From: a virus
Lineage: Duplodnaviria > Caudoviricetes
DNA length: 55,770 nucleotides
Direction: 5' to 3' (one strand)
IMG/VR virus record: IMGVR_UViG_3300045996_001623
Location: 1-55,770 of that record
Shown here: positions 15,663 through 25,400 of the stretch, in pieces
Position numbering within the stretch: position 1 is the stretch's first letter
Layout of the letters: every line of letters begins with the position of its first letter
Notes under the pieces: generated by a model
Database searches by the model: none
Told to the model about the DNA's origin: nothing
The model's input: only the letters and a program-made list of their open reading frames with translations
Position numbers and translations under genes: made by a program

Positions 15663-18600
15663 ATGCCCGAACTGCGTCACGGCATGGCCGTGCCGACCGC
15701 GATGCGCGTCGGCACGGCCCCAGTGCTCGCGGCGTATTTCGGCGCGTTCCAGATCTGGCCGACCGTCGGCGGGATCATCGCTGTCATCTCGGCCACGTCG
15801 GGTGACTCGGTAGCGGTCATCGAAGGGACGGTGATCGGTCCGCCGGTGACCGGCACGATCACGGCGACGTCGGGCAACTCGACCGCCTCGATCATCGGTG
15901 CGGTCGGCGACAACATCTCCGGCATCCTCGATGCCTCGTCGGGTGACTCGGTCGGCGTGCTCGCCGGTGCCGTTGCCATGGGCGGCACCGTCGTCGCGAC
16001 GTCCGGGGACTCGACGGCGGTCATCGTCGGAGTGCTCGCCATCTCCGGCACCATCGTCGCGACGTCCGGCGATTCGACGGCGGACATCGTCGGTTCGCTC
16101 GGCGACAACGTGTCCGGCGTCCTCGAAGCCACGTCCGGGGACTCGCAGGGGTTCATCGCCGGGGACGTGGCCTACAGCGGGGTGCTCGCCGCGACGTCGG
16201 GCGACTCCACGGCGTTCATCGACGCGATCATGTCGCTCGCCGGAATCCTGTCGGCCACGTCGGGTGACTCGACCGCTTCGATCGACGGGGTCACCGCCAT
16301 CCCAGGCACGCTCGCTGGGACGTCGGGCGACTCGACCGGCACCTTCGCCGGGTCGGTCACGGTCATCGGGGTCATGACCGCCACGTCGGACGACTCGACC
16401 GCGGTCATCGTCGGCGCGCTGGCCATCACCGGCACCATCTCCGCTACGTCCGGTGATTCGACAGCGGTCATCACCGGGTCGCTCGGCAGCAACGTGTCCG
16501 GCACCCTCGACGCCACATCGGGCGACTCGACAGCGGTCATGTCCGGCGACATCGGGCTCACCGCCCAGATCGTCGCCACGTCCGGCGACTCGACCGCCGC
16601 CATCACCGGCGAGGTTGCCCTGTCCGGCACCGTCGTCGCCACGTCGGGCGATTCGACCGCCTCGATCACCGGCACCATCTCGGCGACCGCCTTCCCGTCG
16701 ATCGGGGCCAGCAACTCCGAGTCCGGCACAGCGATGGGCACGCAGGCCATCAACATGCCGACCGGCATCACCGCCGGGAACCTGCTGCTGGCGATCGCGA
16801 CGAACGACAACCCGTCGACCACGAACATGACCCCGTCGACCGGGTGGACAGCGATCCACAGCCAGGTGCAGGGCTCGAACGTGTTGAAGCTGGCCGTGAT
16901 GGCCCGCATGGCAGACGGCGGCGCGAACGACAACCTGACGATCACCGGCGCCGCCCAGGACTACTGCGTCACCACCCACCGCATCGTCGACCACGGCGCG
17001 GTCAACGTCGCAGACATCACTGTCGGGTCCGCTGTCGGCACGACCGGTAACGCCGACCCGCCGAACGTCGACGCCGGGGCGGCCCGCCACTTCCTGTGGC
17101 TCACCGCCGCCGCGGTCGACGCCACCACCGGCAACACGATCACCGGCGTCCCCACCGGGTACACCCAGGTCGGCACCACGCTCACATCGGCTTCGTCGAC
17201 GTCGTCGTGTCTGCTCGCCGTCGCCCAGAAGACCGCCGACACCCAGACGGAGAACCCGGGCACGTTCACGAACACGAGCCGCCCGTGGATCGGTGTCACC
17301 ATCGGCATCCCGAAGGACCCGGCCCCGTCGCTCACCGGCACCATCTCGGCCACGTCCGGCGACAGCACGTCCACCATCACCGGCGCCGTCGCCCTGTCCG
17401 GCACGCTCACCGGCACGTCGGGCGACTCGACGGCGACGATCACCGGCGACGTGATGGAGAACCCGTTCGACGACTTCAACCGGGCCGACAACGCCTCGCT
17501 GGGCACCCCGTGGACGATCCGGAACACCGGCACCACGACCAACATGCGGATCACCAGCAACCGGGCCGTGCCCGGCGCTGACACGCAGGACTCCACGATG
17601 CAGTACGGCACCTACGTGCACGACGACACCGGGTACGTCCAGGCGAAGGTCCGCTGCGACAACGGGTTCGCAGGCATCCAGGCGCTGATCACGCTGCCGT
17701 TCCGCAACGAAGTCGAGATGATCATTCACCCGGACGGCGAGTTCCGGATCGTGGAGCACAACAACGGCACCGAAGTCGTCCTCGACTCGGCGACGGGGGC
17801 CGGAGACATCGAGTACCTGCTGCGCATGGAATGGGAGATCGTCGGGTCGACCACCACGCTGCGCGGTTACGTTGACGGGGTCCTCACCCTCGAAGGGACG
17901 ACCGGGAACCACATCACGCCCGGCAACGTCGGCATCTCGTCGTACCGGCAGGGCGGCACCCTCTACTTCGACGACTTCGAAGCCGGGGTGCTCGTCCCGC
18001 CCGTCCTGACCCCGCCAGGCGTCCCGACCGGGCTCACCGCCACCGCAGGCGACGGCCAGGTCAGCCTGACATGGTCCGCCCCCGGCTCGAACGGCGGCTC
18101 CGCCATCACCGACTACCAGGTGCAGTGGCGCACCACTGCCGGGCCCGGGTCGTGGAACACGTTCTCCGACGGGACCTCCACGGCGACATCGGCGACGGTC
18201 ACCGGCCTCACGAACGGCACCAGCTACGACTTCCAGGTCGCTGCCATCAACGCCATCGGCACCGGCTCGTTCTCCGCGACCGACACCGAAACCCCGGTGT
18301 CTGCCGGGTCGCCGGTCGTCTACAAGGGCGGCTGGGGCGGAGAGTGGACCGGCACCACCGTCACGTTCTCGCTGCCCGGCACCGCCGCCGTCGGTGACAC
18401 CGTCATCTACTTCCTCACGTCGGAAGCGGTCTCCGGCGCGACGATCACGGCGGTCCCGACCGGCACCACCCGGCTCGACGGCGTCTCGTCGACCGCCAAT
18501 GCCGAAGTCAGCGACGGAGGCAGCAACAGCTTCAAGCAGTTCGCCTACATCCAGACGCTGGCCTCTGGGTTCGACCCGACGCCGTCGTTCACGTTCTCGA

Positions 18601-18929
18601 CAAGCGTCTACGCGAACCTGGTGTGCCACCTGCTCGAAGGCGACGTCAACGCCTCTAGCTGGGTGTCGCTGAACGAATCCGTCAACGCGGGCAGCGTCCG
18701 CATGCCCGCCGTCACCGTCCCGGCGAACGGGCTGGCGGTCGGCACCGTCGCCAGCTACCAGAACGGCCGGGCGAGCGCCGCCGCGAACTGGACGGCCGCC
18801 ACCGGTGGCGACAACCGTGGCATCCTCCGCCGCTCGACAACGACCGCCACCCAGGAACTTGCCTCCGGGTTCATCTCGGCGGGCGACGCCGACTGGATCT
18901 CGATAGCGGTCCTGCTCGTCGGCGCCTGA
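15663..18929 (+). CDS. Large tail fibre/adhesin with 16 ATSGDSTA-type repeats, lectin-like and FN3 domains
   Basis: Repeats visible; FN3 PGVPTGLTATAGDGQVSLTW..GLTNGTSYDFQVAA.N; start reassigned to 15663. Confidence 0.85.
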   Translation: MPELRHGMAVPTAMRVGTAPVLAAYFGAFQIWPTVGGIIAVISATSGDSVAVIEGTVIGPPVTGTITATSGNSTASIIGAVGDNISGILDASSGDSVGVLAGAVAMGGTVVATSGDSTAVIVGVLAISGTIVATSGDSTADIVGSLGDNVSGVLEATSGDSQGFIAGDVAYSGVLAATSGDSTAFIDAIMSLAGILSATSGDSTASIDGVTAIPGTLAGTSGDSTGTFAGSVTVIGVMTATSDDSTAVIVGALAITGTISATSGDSTAVITGSLGSNVSGTLDATSGDSTAVMSGDIGLTAQIVATSGDSTAAITGEVALSGTVVATSGDSTASITGTISATAFPSIGASNSESGTAMGTQAINMPTGITAGNLLLAIATNDNPSTTNMTPSTGWTAIHSQVQGSNVLKLAVMARMADGGANDNLTITGAAQDYCVTTHRIVDHGAVNVADITVGSAVGTTGNADPPNVDAGAARHFLWLTAAAVDATTGNTITGVPTGYTQVGTTLTSASSTSSCLLAVAQKTADTQTENPGTFTNTSRPWIGVTIGIPKDPAPSLTGTISATSGDSTSTITGAVALSGTLTGTSGDSTATITGDVMENPFDDFNRADNASLGTPWTIRNTGTTTNMRITSNRAVPGADTQDSTMQYGTYVHDDTGYVQAKVRCDNGFAGIQALITLPFRNEVEMIIHPDGEFRIVEHNNGTEVVLDSATGAGDIEYLLRMEWEIVGSTTTLRGYVDGVLTLEGTTGNHITPGNVGISSYRQGGTLYFDDFEAGVLVPPVLTPPGVPTGLTATAGDGQVSLTWSAPGSNGGSAITDYQVQWRTTAGPGSWNTFSDGTSTATSATVTGLTNGTSYDFQVAAINAIGTGSFSATDTETPVSAGSPVVYKGGWGGEWTGTTVTFSLPGTAAVGDTVIYFLTSEAVSGATITAVPTGTTRLDGVSSTANAEVSDGGSNSFKQFAYIQTLASGFDPTPSFTFSTSVYANLVCHLLEGDVNASSWVSLNESVNAGSVRMPAVTVPANGLAVGTVASYQNGRASAAANWTAATGGDNRGILRRSTTTATQELASGFISAGDADWISIAVLLVGA

Positions 18930-18970
18930 GTCCGGGGTAGCCCTGGACAGGGCGGGTACGGTAACGAGCA

Positions 18971-19315
18971 GTGGACATCCCCCGCTCCGTCGTCTCAGTC
19001 GATGAGGCCGCGGCGCGCGTCGAAGCGGCGGTCAAGGCGAAACTGGTCCGGTCGTTCACCGAACTGGTCGACGCCACCGACGTCGCCGTTGAGACGCTCG
19101 TGTCGATCGCGATGCACGGACGTCGGGAAGAGGCCAGGGTGCAGGCGGCGAAGGAGATCCTGGACCGGTCGGGACTCACGCCGGAGATCCGCATTTCGAT
19201 CGACAACGTCGGGTCGGAGCGGGAGGCCCGCCTGGCCGAACTGCGCATGAAGTTGGACCGGATGAAGACGTCGATCAACACGCCGATCGAGGTCGGCGAA
19301 GGGAAGACCGCATGA
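18971..19315 (+). CDS. Small helical protein, possible terminase small subunit
   Basis: RVQAAKEILDRSG motif; upstream of portal. Confidence 0.45.
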   Translation: MDIPRSVVSVDEAAARVEAAVKAKLVRSFTELVDATDVAVETLVSIAMHGRREEARVQAAKEILDRSGLTPEIRISIDNVGSEREARLAELRMKLDRMKTSINTPIEVGEGKTA

Positions 19316-19650
19316 ACCTGCCCCTGGCCACCGTCATCGTGTTGGCGTTCGTCGCCGAGCGCCTGGCGATGATCGTCGCCATCGACAAGGTCGGCGATCC
19401 GCTCCGCAAGTTCCTGTACCGCAAGCAAGGCGAGTGGGGGAAGAAGGGCCGGTGGCTGCACTACCTGTTCACCTGCCCGTTCTGCCTGTCCGTGTATTTC
19501 TCGGCGGCGGCGGTGCTCTGGTGGGTGTGGCTGGTCCTCCCGGCCTGGCCCGGCTTCGGGTTCGTGCTGCTCATGATCGGCGCCGTCGCAGGAGCGTCCC
19601 GGCTGATGGTCTCGGCCGACATGACGGCCCACAAGTACGTGGAGCAGTAG
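19312..19650 (+). CDS. DUF1360-like membrane protein
   Basis: LFTCPFCLSVY between TM helices; precedes portal. Confidence 0.7.
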   Translation: MNLPLATVIVLAFVAERLAMIVAIDKVGDPLRKFLYRKQGEWGKKGRWLHYLFTCPFCLSVYFSAAAVLWWVWLVLPAWPGFGFVLLMIGAVAGASRLMVSADMTAHKYVEQ

Positions 19651-19662
19651 CGTTGCGCCGCA

Positions 19663-21303
19663 ATGGCGTTCTTCCGTGATGTCGAGACAGGAGCACAGGT
19701 CGACAGTGGCGGCCCGCGCTTCCTGCCCGCCTACGACGCTCCACGCCCGATCGTCGGGGCCGGGCAACGCCTGAACCTGTCGAAGCGCGGCGGGGAACGA
19801 GTTGACAAGCGAGACGCCGCCGAGTGGCAGAAGGCCGCGTGGCGGTTCTTCGAGCAGATCGGCGAGGTCCACTACGCCTTCAACCTGATCGGCCAGGTGT
19901 GCTCACGGGTGCGGCTGTACCCGGCGATCGTCGCCGCGGCGAACGAGACACCGGTCCACGTCGACCAGTGGCTCGAAAACATGGCGGACAAGGGCAACAC
20001 CGACCGTGCCCGCCGCGTCGGGGACATCGCCAAGGACCTCGTCGCCGACCTCACCGAGAACACTCGTGGCCGCACATCCGGTCTGATGCGCACCATGGCG
20101 ATGAACTTCGGGGTGCCCGGCGAGGTCTACCTGGCCCACAACAAGAAGGGCAGCGAGTGGCTCGTCTGCTCGACCGAAGAGATCAGCCCGCAGAACAACC
20201 AGTGGCGGATTCGTCGTAGCCGACAGCAAGGCGGCGCCGGGGTCGGCAAGGACATCATGTTGCCCGGCGACGCCTACGTCGCCCGGCTGTGGCGCACCCA
20301 CCCCCGCTACACCGATGAGCCGGACTCGTCGATGCTCGGCGTGCTCGACCAGTGCGAGCAACTGGTCCTGCTCGACCAGGCGATGCGCGCCATGGCCCGC
20401 CGGGCGATGAACGCCGGACTCGTGTTCATCCCGAACGGCATCACCGCGTTCTCGTCGGAGGACAAGGAAGATTCCATCGCCGACTCGATCGCGGCGTCGG
20501 CGTTGCAGGCCGTCGAGTCCGAAGCTGCCCTGTCGACCGTGACCCCGAAGGTGCTGACCGGCCCACCGGAACTCGGCAACTTCATCAAGTGGATCGAACT
20601 GACCAAGGCCGTCGACCCGAACCTGGCCGCCGCCGCCCAGAAGCTGCTCGAACGCATCCTCGTCGGCATCGACATCCCGAAGGACGTCGTCAAGGGGCTC
20701 GCTGAGGTCAAGTTCGCCAACGCCATCGTCATCGACGACGACCTGTACCGGGCCCACATCGAGCCGCTCGTGCTGCTCATCGTCGACGCCCTGACGGAGG
20801 TCTACCTGCAGCCCCTCCTGTTGAAGGGCCTGAGCGACGAGGCCGACCAGAAGATCGCCAAGCGGATGGTGATGTGGGCGGACACGTCCAGCATCGTCAC
20901 CCGGCCCGACAAGTCGCAGGCCGCCAACGAGGGCTACGACAAGATGCTGCTGTCGGCCACGGCGTGGCGGCAGTCCCGTGGGTTCTCCGAGACCGACGCT
21001 CCGAAGCCGGACGAACTCATCCGCCGTCTCGCGATCGAGAAGGCGTCGATCCCGCCGGAGATGGCCACCGTCATGCTCCACTCGATCGACCCCGAGTTCT
21101 TCGACACGGCCGCCGCAGCGAACGCCGAAGAGTCCGGCATCCCCAACGACGTCTCCGCATTGCTCGATGAACAGCCCGGAGAGGCGCCGCAGGAGCCCGC
21201 GGCGGCGGACAGGACCCGAACGCCGATGGAAAGCGCTCAGGGCCCGCTGCAGGGCGGAGAGATCACGCCGGGCGGCAACCTGCCCCCGGTCCCCGCCCGC
21301 TGA
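19663..21303 (+). CDS. Portal protein
   Basis: WQ..AW..IGE..YA....SRVRLY, R.WR.HP, AGL.F.P, HIEP motifs of cluster-B-like portals. Confidence 0.88.
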   Translation: MAFFRDVETGAQVDSGGPRFLPAYDAPRPIVGAGQRLNLSKRGGERVDKRDAAEWQKAAWRFFEQIGEVHYAFNLIGQVCSRVRLYPAIVAAANETPVHVDQWLENMADKGNTDRARRVGDIAKDLVADLTENTRGRTSGLMRTMAMNFGVPGEVYLAHNKKGSEWLVCSTEEISPQNNQWRIRRSRQQGGAGVGKDIMLPGDAYVARLWRTHPRYTDEPDSSMLGVLDQCEQLVLLDQAMRAMARRAMNAGLVFIPNGITAFSSEDKEDSIADSIAASALQAVESEAALSTVTPKVLTGPPELGNFIKWIELTKAVDPNLAAAAQKLLERILVGIDIPKDVVKGLAEVKFANAIVIDDDLYRAHIEPLVLLIVDALTEVYLQPLLLKGLSDEADQKIAKRMVMWADTSSIVTRPDKSQAANEGYDKMLLSATAWRQSRGFSETDAPKPDELIRRLAIEKASIPPEMATVMLHSIDPEFFDTAAAANAEESGIPNDVSALLDEQPGEAPQEPAAADRTRTPMESAQGPLQGGEITPGGNLPPVPAR

Positions 21304-21304
21304 C

Positions 21305-21370
21305 GGCGCGGCGCCTCCCGGCCGCTCTGGAGGCGAGAATGGTTTCTACAACGGGTGGGAGACGCCGCGC
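21305..21370 (-). ncRNA. Putative ~65-nt structured small RNA
   Basis: 14-bp plus 5-bp helices with G-U pairs only on minus strand; -10 TAATGT (21383-21378) places +1 at helix start. Confidence 0.4.
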
Positions 21371-21377
21371 GCCTGGA

Positions 21378-21422
21378 ACATTAGCGCCTATGCGGTAGCG
21401 GTTACCGCACCGGCGCTAGTGT
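21378..21422. promoter_or_regulatory. 45-bp imperfect palindrome giving outward -10 boxes on both strands
   Basis: ACATTAGCGCC..TGCGGTA-GCGGT-TACCGCA..GGCGCTAGTGT; + TAGTGT precedes leaderless GTG 21429. Confidence 0.6.
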
Positions 21423-21428
21423 CGTGGC

Positions 21429-21743
21429 GTGGACCTAGACCAGCCCGTAGACCCGGACGTAGACGCAGACAGCCAGAGCACGTTGCTCGGCGTCGTACAG
21501 CCCCCAGAGCCGACCGTTCCGTCGTACGACGAAGCGATCCGCACCGCCCTGGCCACCGTGCAAGCGGACCTCGTGCGGCTCCGGGCTCAACGCCGGGACG
21601 ATGATCGGGAAGGCTTGGCGGAGATCGCTCGCATGAAGCGCGACCTCATCGCCCGCCGCAAGGCGACGAACAGCGACATCGCTGAACTCGTCGCCGAGCA
21701 GAAGCGCATCGCTGCGCTCGTCCGCGTGCTCGACAAGCAGTAG
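21429..21743 (+). CDS. Hypothetical coiled-coil protein
   Basis: Leaderless GTG, heptad-like helix. Confidence 0.65.
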   Translation: MDLDQPVDPDVDADSQSTLLGVVQPPEPTVPSYDEAIRTALATVQADLVRLRAQRRDDDREGLAEIARMKRDLIARRKATNSDIAELVAEQKRIAALVRVLDKQ

Positions 21744-21790
21744 CGACTACGATCCCGGGCACCAGACCCGGAGAAAGACGAAGACTCAAC

Positions 21791-22132
21791 ATGGTCAAGA
21801 CGTTCAAGGGCTTCACCCCCGCGGAGCCCGTCACCTTCGACATGGAGTCTCCGGATGGAAGCAGGAAGATCACGGTGCGGTGCAAGCCCGTCGCCGGATC
21901 ACTGTTCCTCGACTTCATGTCCCGGGCCGAGTCGATGGAGAACTTCGCCGCGATGGCAATCGCCGTCAAGGACATCCTCAACGCCGCCATCGCCGACGAG
22001 GACATCGAAGCCTTCTGGGCGTTCGCAGACGATCCCGCCAACGGCGTCACGCTCGACGTGCTCTCCGAGATCTCAGGGTTCCTGGCGGAGTCGTTCGCTG
22101 GTGACCGCCCTACGGTGCCTCGACCAGTCTGA
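21791..22132 (+). CDS. Tail assembly chaperone (G)
   Basis: Position before tape measure, ends GDRPT; -10 TACGAT at 21748. Confidence 0.75.
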   Translation: MVKTFKGFTPAEPVTFDMESPDGSRKITVRCKPVAGSLFLDFMSRAESMENFAAMAIAVKDILNAAIADEDIEAFWAFADDPANGVTLDVLSEISGFLAESFAGDRPTVPRPV

Positions 22133-22437
22133 TCTCCTGGCTGATCGAGGACAACTGGATCGAAGCCGCAGGGGAGTACGCGTTCTACAACCGGGGTGCC
22201 TGGCTCGGCGACGTCGAAGCTGGGCGCCTGGTGGAGATCGCGTACTTCCTGGCGAAGCGGCAGATCCTCGGTGGAGTAGTGCAGAAGGAAGTCGCCGCTG
22301 CGCGCGACAAGGCTCTGTCGCGGCTCGACTCGACCCTCGAAACGGCAGGCGTGGACGAAGGGTCCGGTCTGCCGTCGTGGGTGGTGAACTCGGGCATCGG
22401 CCCGGCGGATGGGACATCGCCGTTCGACGAGATGTAG
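22108..22437 (+). CDS. Tail assembly chaperone extension (T), probably reached by -1 frameshift
   Basis: -1 frame open 22105-22437 without a start codon until 22231. Confidence 0.55.
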   Translation, partial: PYGASTSLISWLIEDNWIEAAGEYAFYNRGAWLGDVEAGRLVEIAYFLAKRQILGGVVQKEVAAARDKALSRLDSTLETAGVDEGSGLPSWVVNSGIGPADGTSPFDEM

Positions 22438-22440
22438 CCG

Positions 22441-25400
22441 ATGGCTGCTGAACTGATCGGCACCGCCTATGTGCGGATCAAGGCGATCACATCCGGGCTG
22501 GCGTCGGACATCTCGGACGGGTTGGATCGTGGCGTTCGTGACGCACGGGCGGACACGGACCGGTCCGGTCGGATGCTCGGTGATGACCTCGGTGAGGCCG
22601 TCACTGAGGGCTTCGCGGACAACCTGGGTGACGGCGGCATCGCCGACGTTGTTGAAGATGCGCTCGACGCCCCGGAGGTTCAGCGCACGTCGGAGCGTGG
22701 CGGCGGCAGGATGGCCGCTTCGCTCCGGCGTGGCGTCGAACGGGAGAACCGGCGCCGGAACCCGTTCTCGTCGCTGCTGACGTCGCTCGAACGGATCGGC
22801 GATGCGATCCCGACCGGTGGGGTCAAGCTGTGGGGCACCCTGTTCTCCCCGCAGATCGTGCAGGCGTTCGCGCCGCTCATCTCGTCCACCATCACTGGGC
22901 TGACCGCCGGGCTCGGGTTCCTCACGGAGGCCGCTGCCGGGGCCGGTGCAGCCTTGCTCGGCGCGGCCACGGTCGCGATCCCAGGGTTCGCTGTCCTGCT
23001 GTCGGCGCTGATGGCCGACACCGAAGAGTTGGAGAACTTCAAGGAGGCCGCGAAGGGGCTCCTGGCCCCGTGGCGGCAGGTGGCCGTCGCTACGCAGCGC
23101 ACCCTTCTGCCGGGGCTCGAAGGTGCCCTGGACGCCATGCAGAGCCTCGTGCCTCTGTTCACCGAGTTCGGCAGTCAGATCGGTCGGATCGCTGGTGACG
23201 TCGCGTTCTTCGGGGCGCACATCCTCACGAGCGAACGGAACCTCGGCGCGCTGGCCGACATCCTGTCCGTGTCGGAGAGCGCCTGGCAGAAGATGGGCGA
23301 CGCCGCGCTGGCCGTGGTCGACGGGATCTTCCCGTTCCTGGCCGCCGCCGCGCCGCTCGGCGACCGGCTCGCCGGGGCTTTCCAGCGGATGGCGGAACGG
23401 TTCCGTGACTTCGCGATCGCCGGGTACGAGACCGGCACCCTCGCCGAGACCTTCGACCGCTGGGCGGACCGGCTGTCGCAGGTGGTCGACATCGTCGGGA
23501 ACCTCGCCGGGGCCTTGTGGAACGTCCTGACGATCGGGGCTGACAACGCCCAGAACATCTTCGACCGCATCCAGGAGGTCACGCAGGGCTGGCAGGACTT
23601 CACGAACAGCGTCGCCGGGCAGAACGCCATCCAGGCGTGGTACGACCGGTCGAAGCCGTTGCTGTCCGAGATCTGGGGCCTGCTCGGCGACATCTCGAAC
23701 ATCTTCATCCGGCCGCTGATCTTCTCCGACGACGAGTCGACGTCGGCCGCCACCGAGTTCGTGCGGACCCTGCGCGACGACTGGCTGCCCGTCCTCGGTG
23801 AACTGTCTCGGTCCCTGTCCGGCCAGGGTCTCGGCGAGGCCCTGGGTCGGCTGGCCGACTCGTTCATCGGGCTGCTCGACAGCCTCGCCGGGTCCGGCAC
23901 CCTGTCCTCGACGATCGAGACCCTGGCTGGGGCGATGGACCTGATGGCCGGGGCCTTGGAGAACCCGATCTTCCAGACCATCACGCCGTACCTGTTCACC
24001 ATGCTCGGCGTGTTGAAGGGCCTGTCGATCCTCGCCGGACCGTTGCGCCTGCTCGTCCCCGTGCTCAACGGGGTCGCCGGAGCGTTCACGCTGATGGCTG
24101 GGGGCACCGCGATCGGGGTGCTCGCCGCCGCCATCGGCGCGCTCGCCATCTCAGTCGGCGCCGTCTACATCGCCTTCCAGAACTGGGACACCATCCTCGG
24201 CTGGCTCGAAGAGGGCTACGAGTGGTTCTCGAAACTGTCGGGCCCCGTGCAGATCCTCGCCGGAGTGCTCGGCGGGCTCGTCGTGCTGACCAACCCGCTC
24301 GGCCTGTTCGCGACAGCCGTGCTCGGCATCACCGCAGCGTTGAAGAACCTGGCCGCCATCGGCGAGTTCTTCTCCGGCGTCGGGGACACCATCGCCGAGT
24401 TCTTCTCCGGAATCGGGGACGCCGTCGTCGGGCTGCCCGAGACCCTTGGGCGGGTCGTCGATTCGATCGGGGAGGCCCTGTCTGGGCTGCCGTCCCGGCT
24501 CGGCGCGCTGGCCACCGAACTGCCCGACGCCCTGTCCGACGCGCTCGTCGGCGGCATGCGGGCCCTGCCCAACCTGATCCTCGACGGGCTCGGCGGGCTC
24601 GGCGAACTGGGCGGCACCCTGCTCGGGCTGATCGCTGAGGGCCTGCAGGAAGGGCTGCCACGGCTGGCCGAGTTCTTCACGTCGCTGCCGGGCTACATCC
24701 TCGACTTCATCGGCAACGTCGCCTCGACCATCGTGCCGGTCGGCTTGCAGATCCTCGGGTTCCTCGTGCAGGGACTCGTCCAGGCGTTGCCGCGCGTCGC
24801 AGCCTTCTTCATCGCGCTGCCGTTCCGCATCCTCACCCTGCTGCGCCGCGGCATCGCCGAGATGATCCAACTGGGCATCGAGATGATCGTCGGGCTCGTG
24901 CAGGGGTTCATCGCCGCGCTGCCGCGCATCATCAACTGGTTCCAGGCTCTGCCTGGCAACATCGTCAGCTTCATCGGGGACGCCAGTAACTGGCTGCGTG
25001 AGACCGGCAACCGGGTCCTGCTCGGCCTGCTCGCCGGGCTGCAGTCCACCCTCACCACCATCGGCACCTGGTTCCTGAACCTGCCCAGCTACATCGCGTC
25101 GTGGACGTCGTCGGCTGCGTCGTGGCTCGTCGAGACCGGTGGGCTGCTCATCCAAGGTCTGCTGTCCGGCATCCAGACCGTGTGGGGTTCCGTCAACGAG
25201 TTCTTCGCCGGGGCCCCCGCCGCGATCCTCGCTGCGCTCGGCGACTTCTTCGGCACCATCTGGGCTGGGGTGTCGGCTGGGGCCGCGGCGTTCCTGTCGA
25301 ACGTCGACCTGTGGGTCGGCGAGGTCATCGTGTTCTTCGCCGGGCTTCCCGGCCGGGCCATCTCCGCCGTCGGCGATCTCGGCGGGGCCATCTGGGGAGC

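Noticed and set aside
15630-18629. 999-aa minus-strand ORF (also 456-1841, 6286-7995, 27841-29595, 51633-53525 and similar)
   Set aside because: Antisense shadows of GC3-biased real genes; Arg/Gly-rich with no motifs
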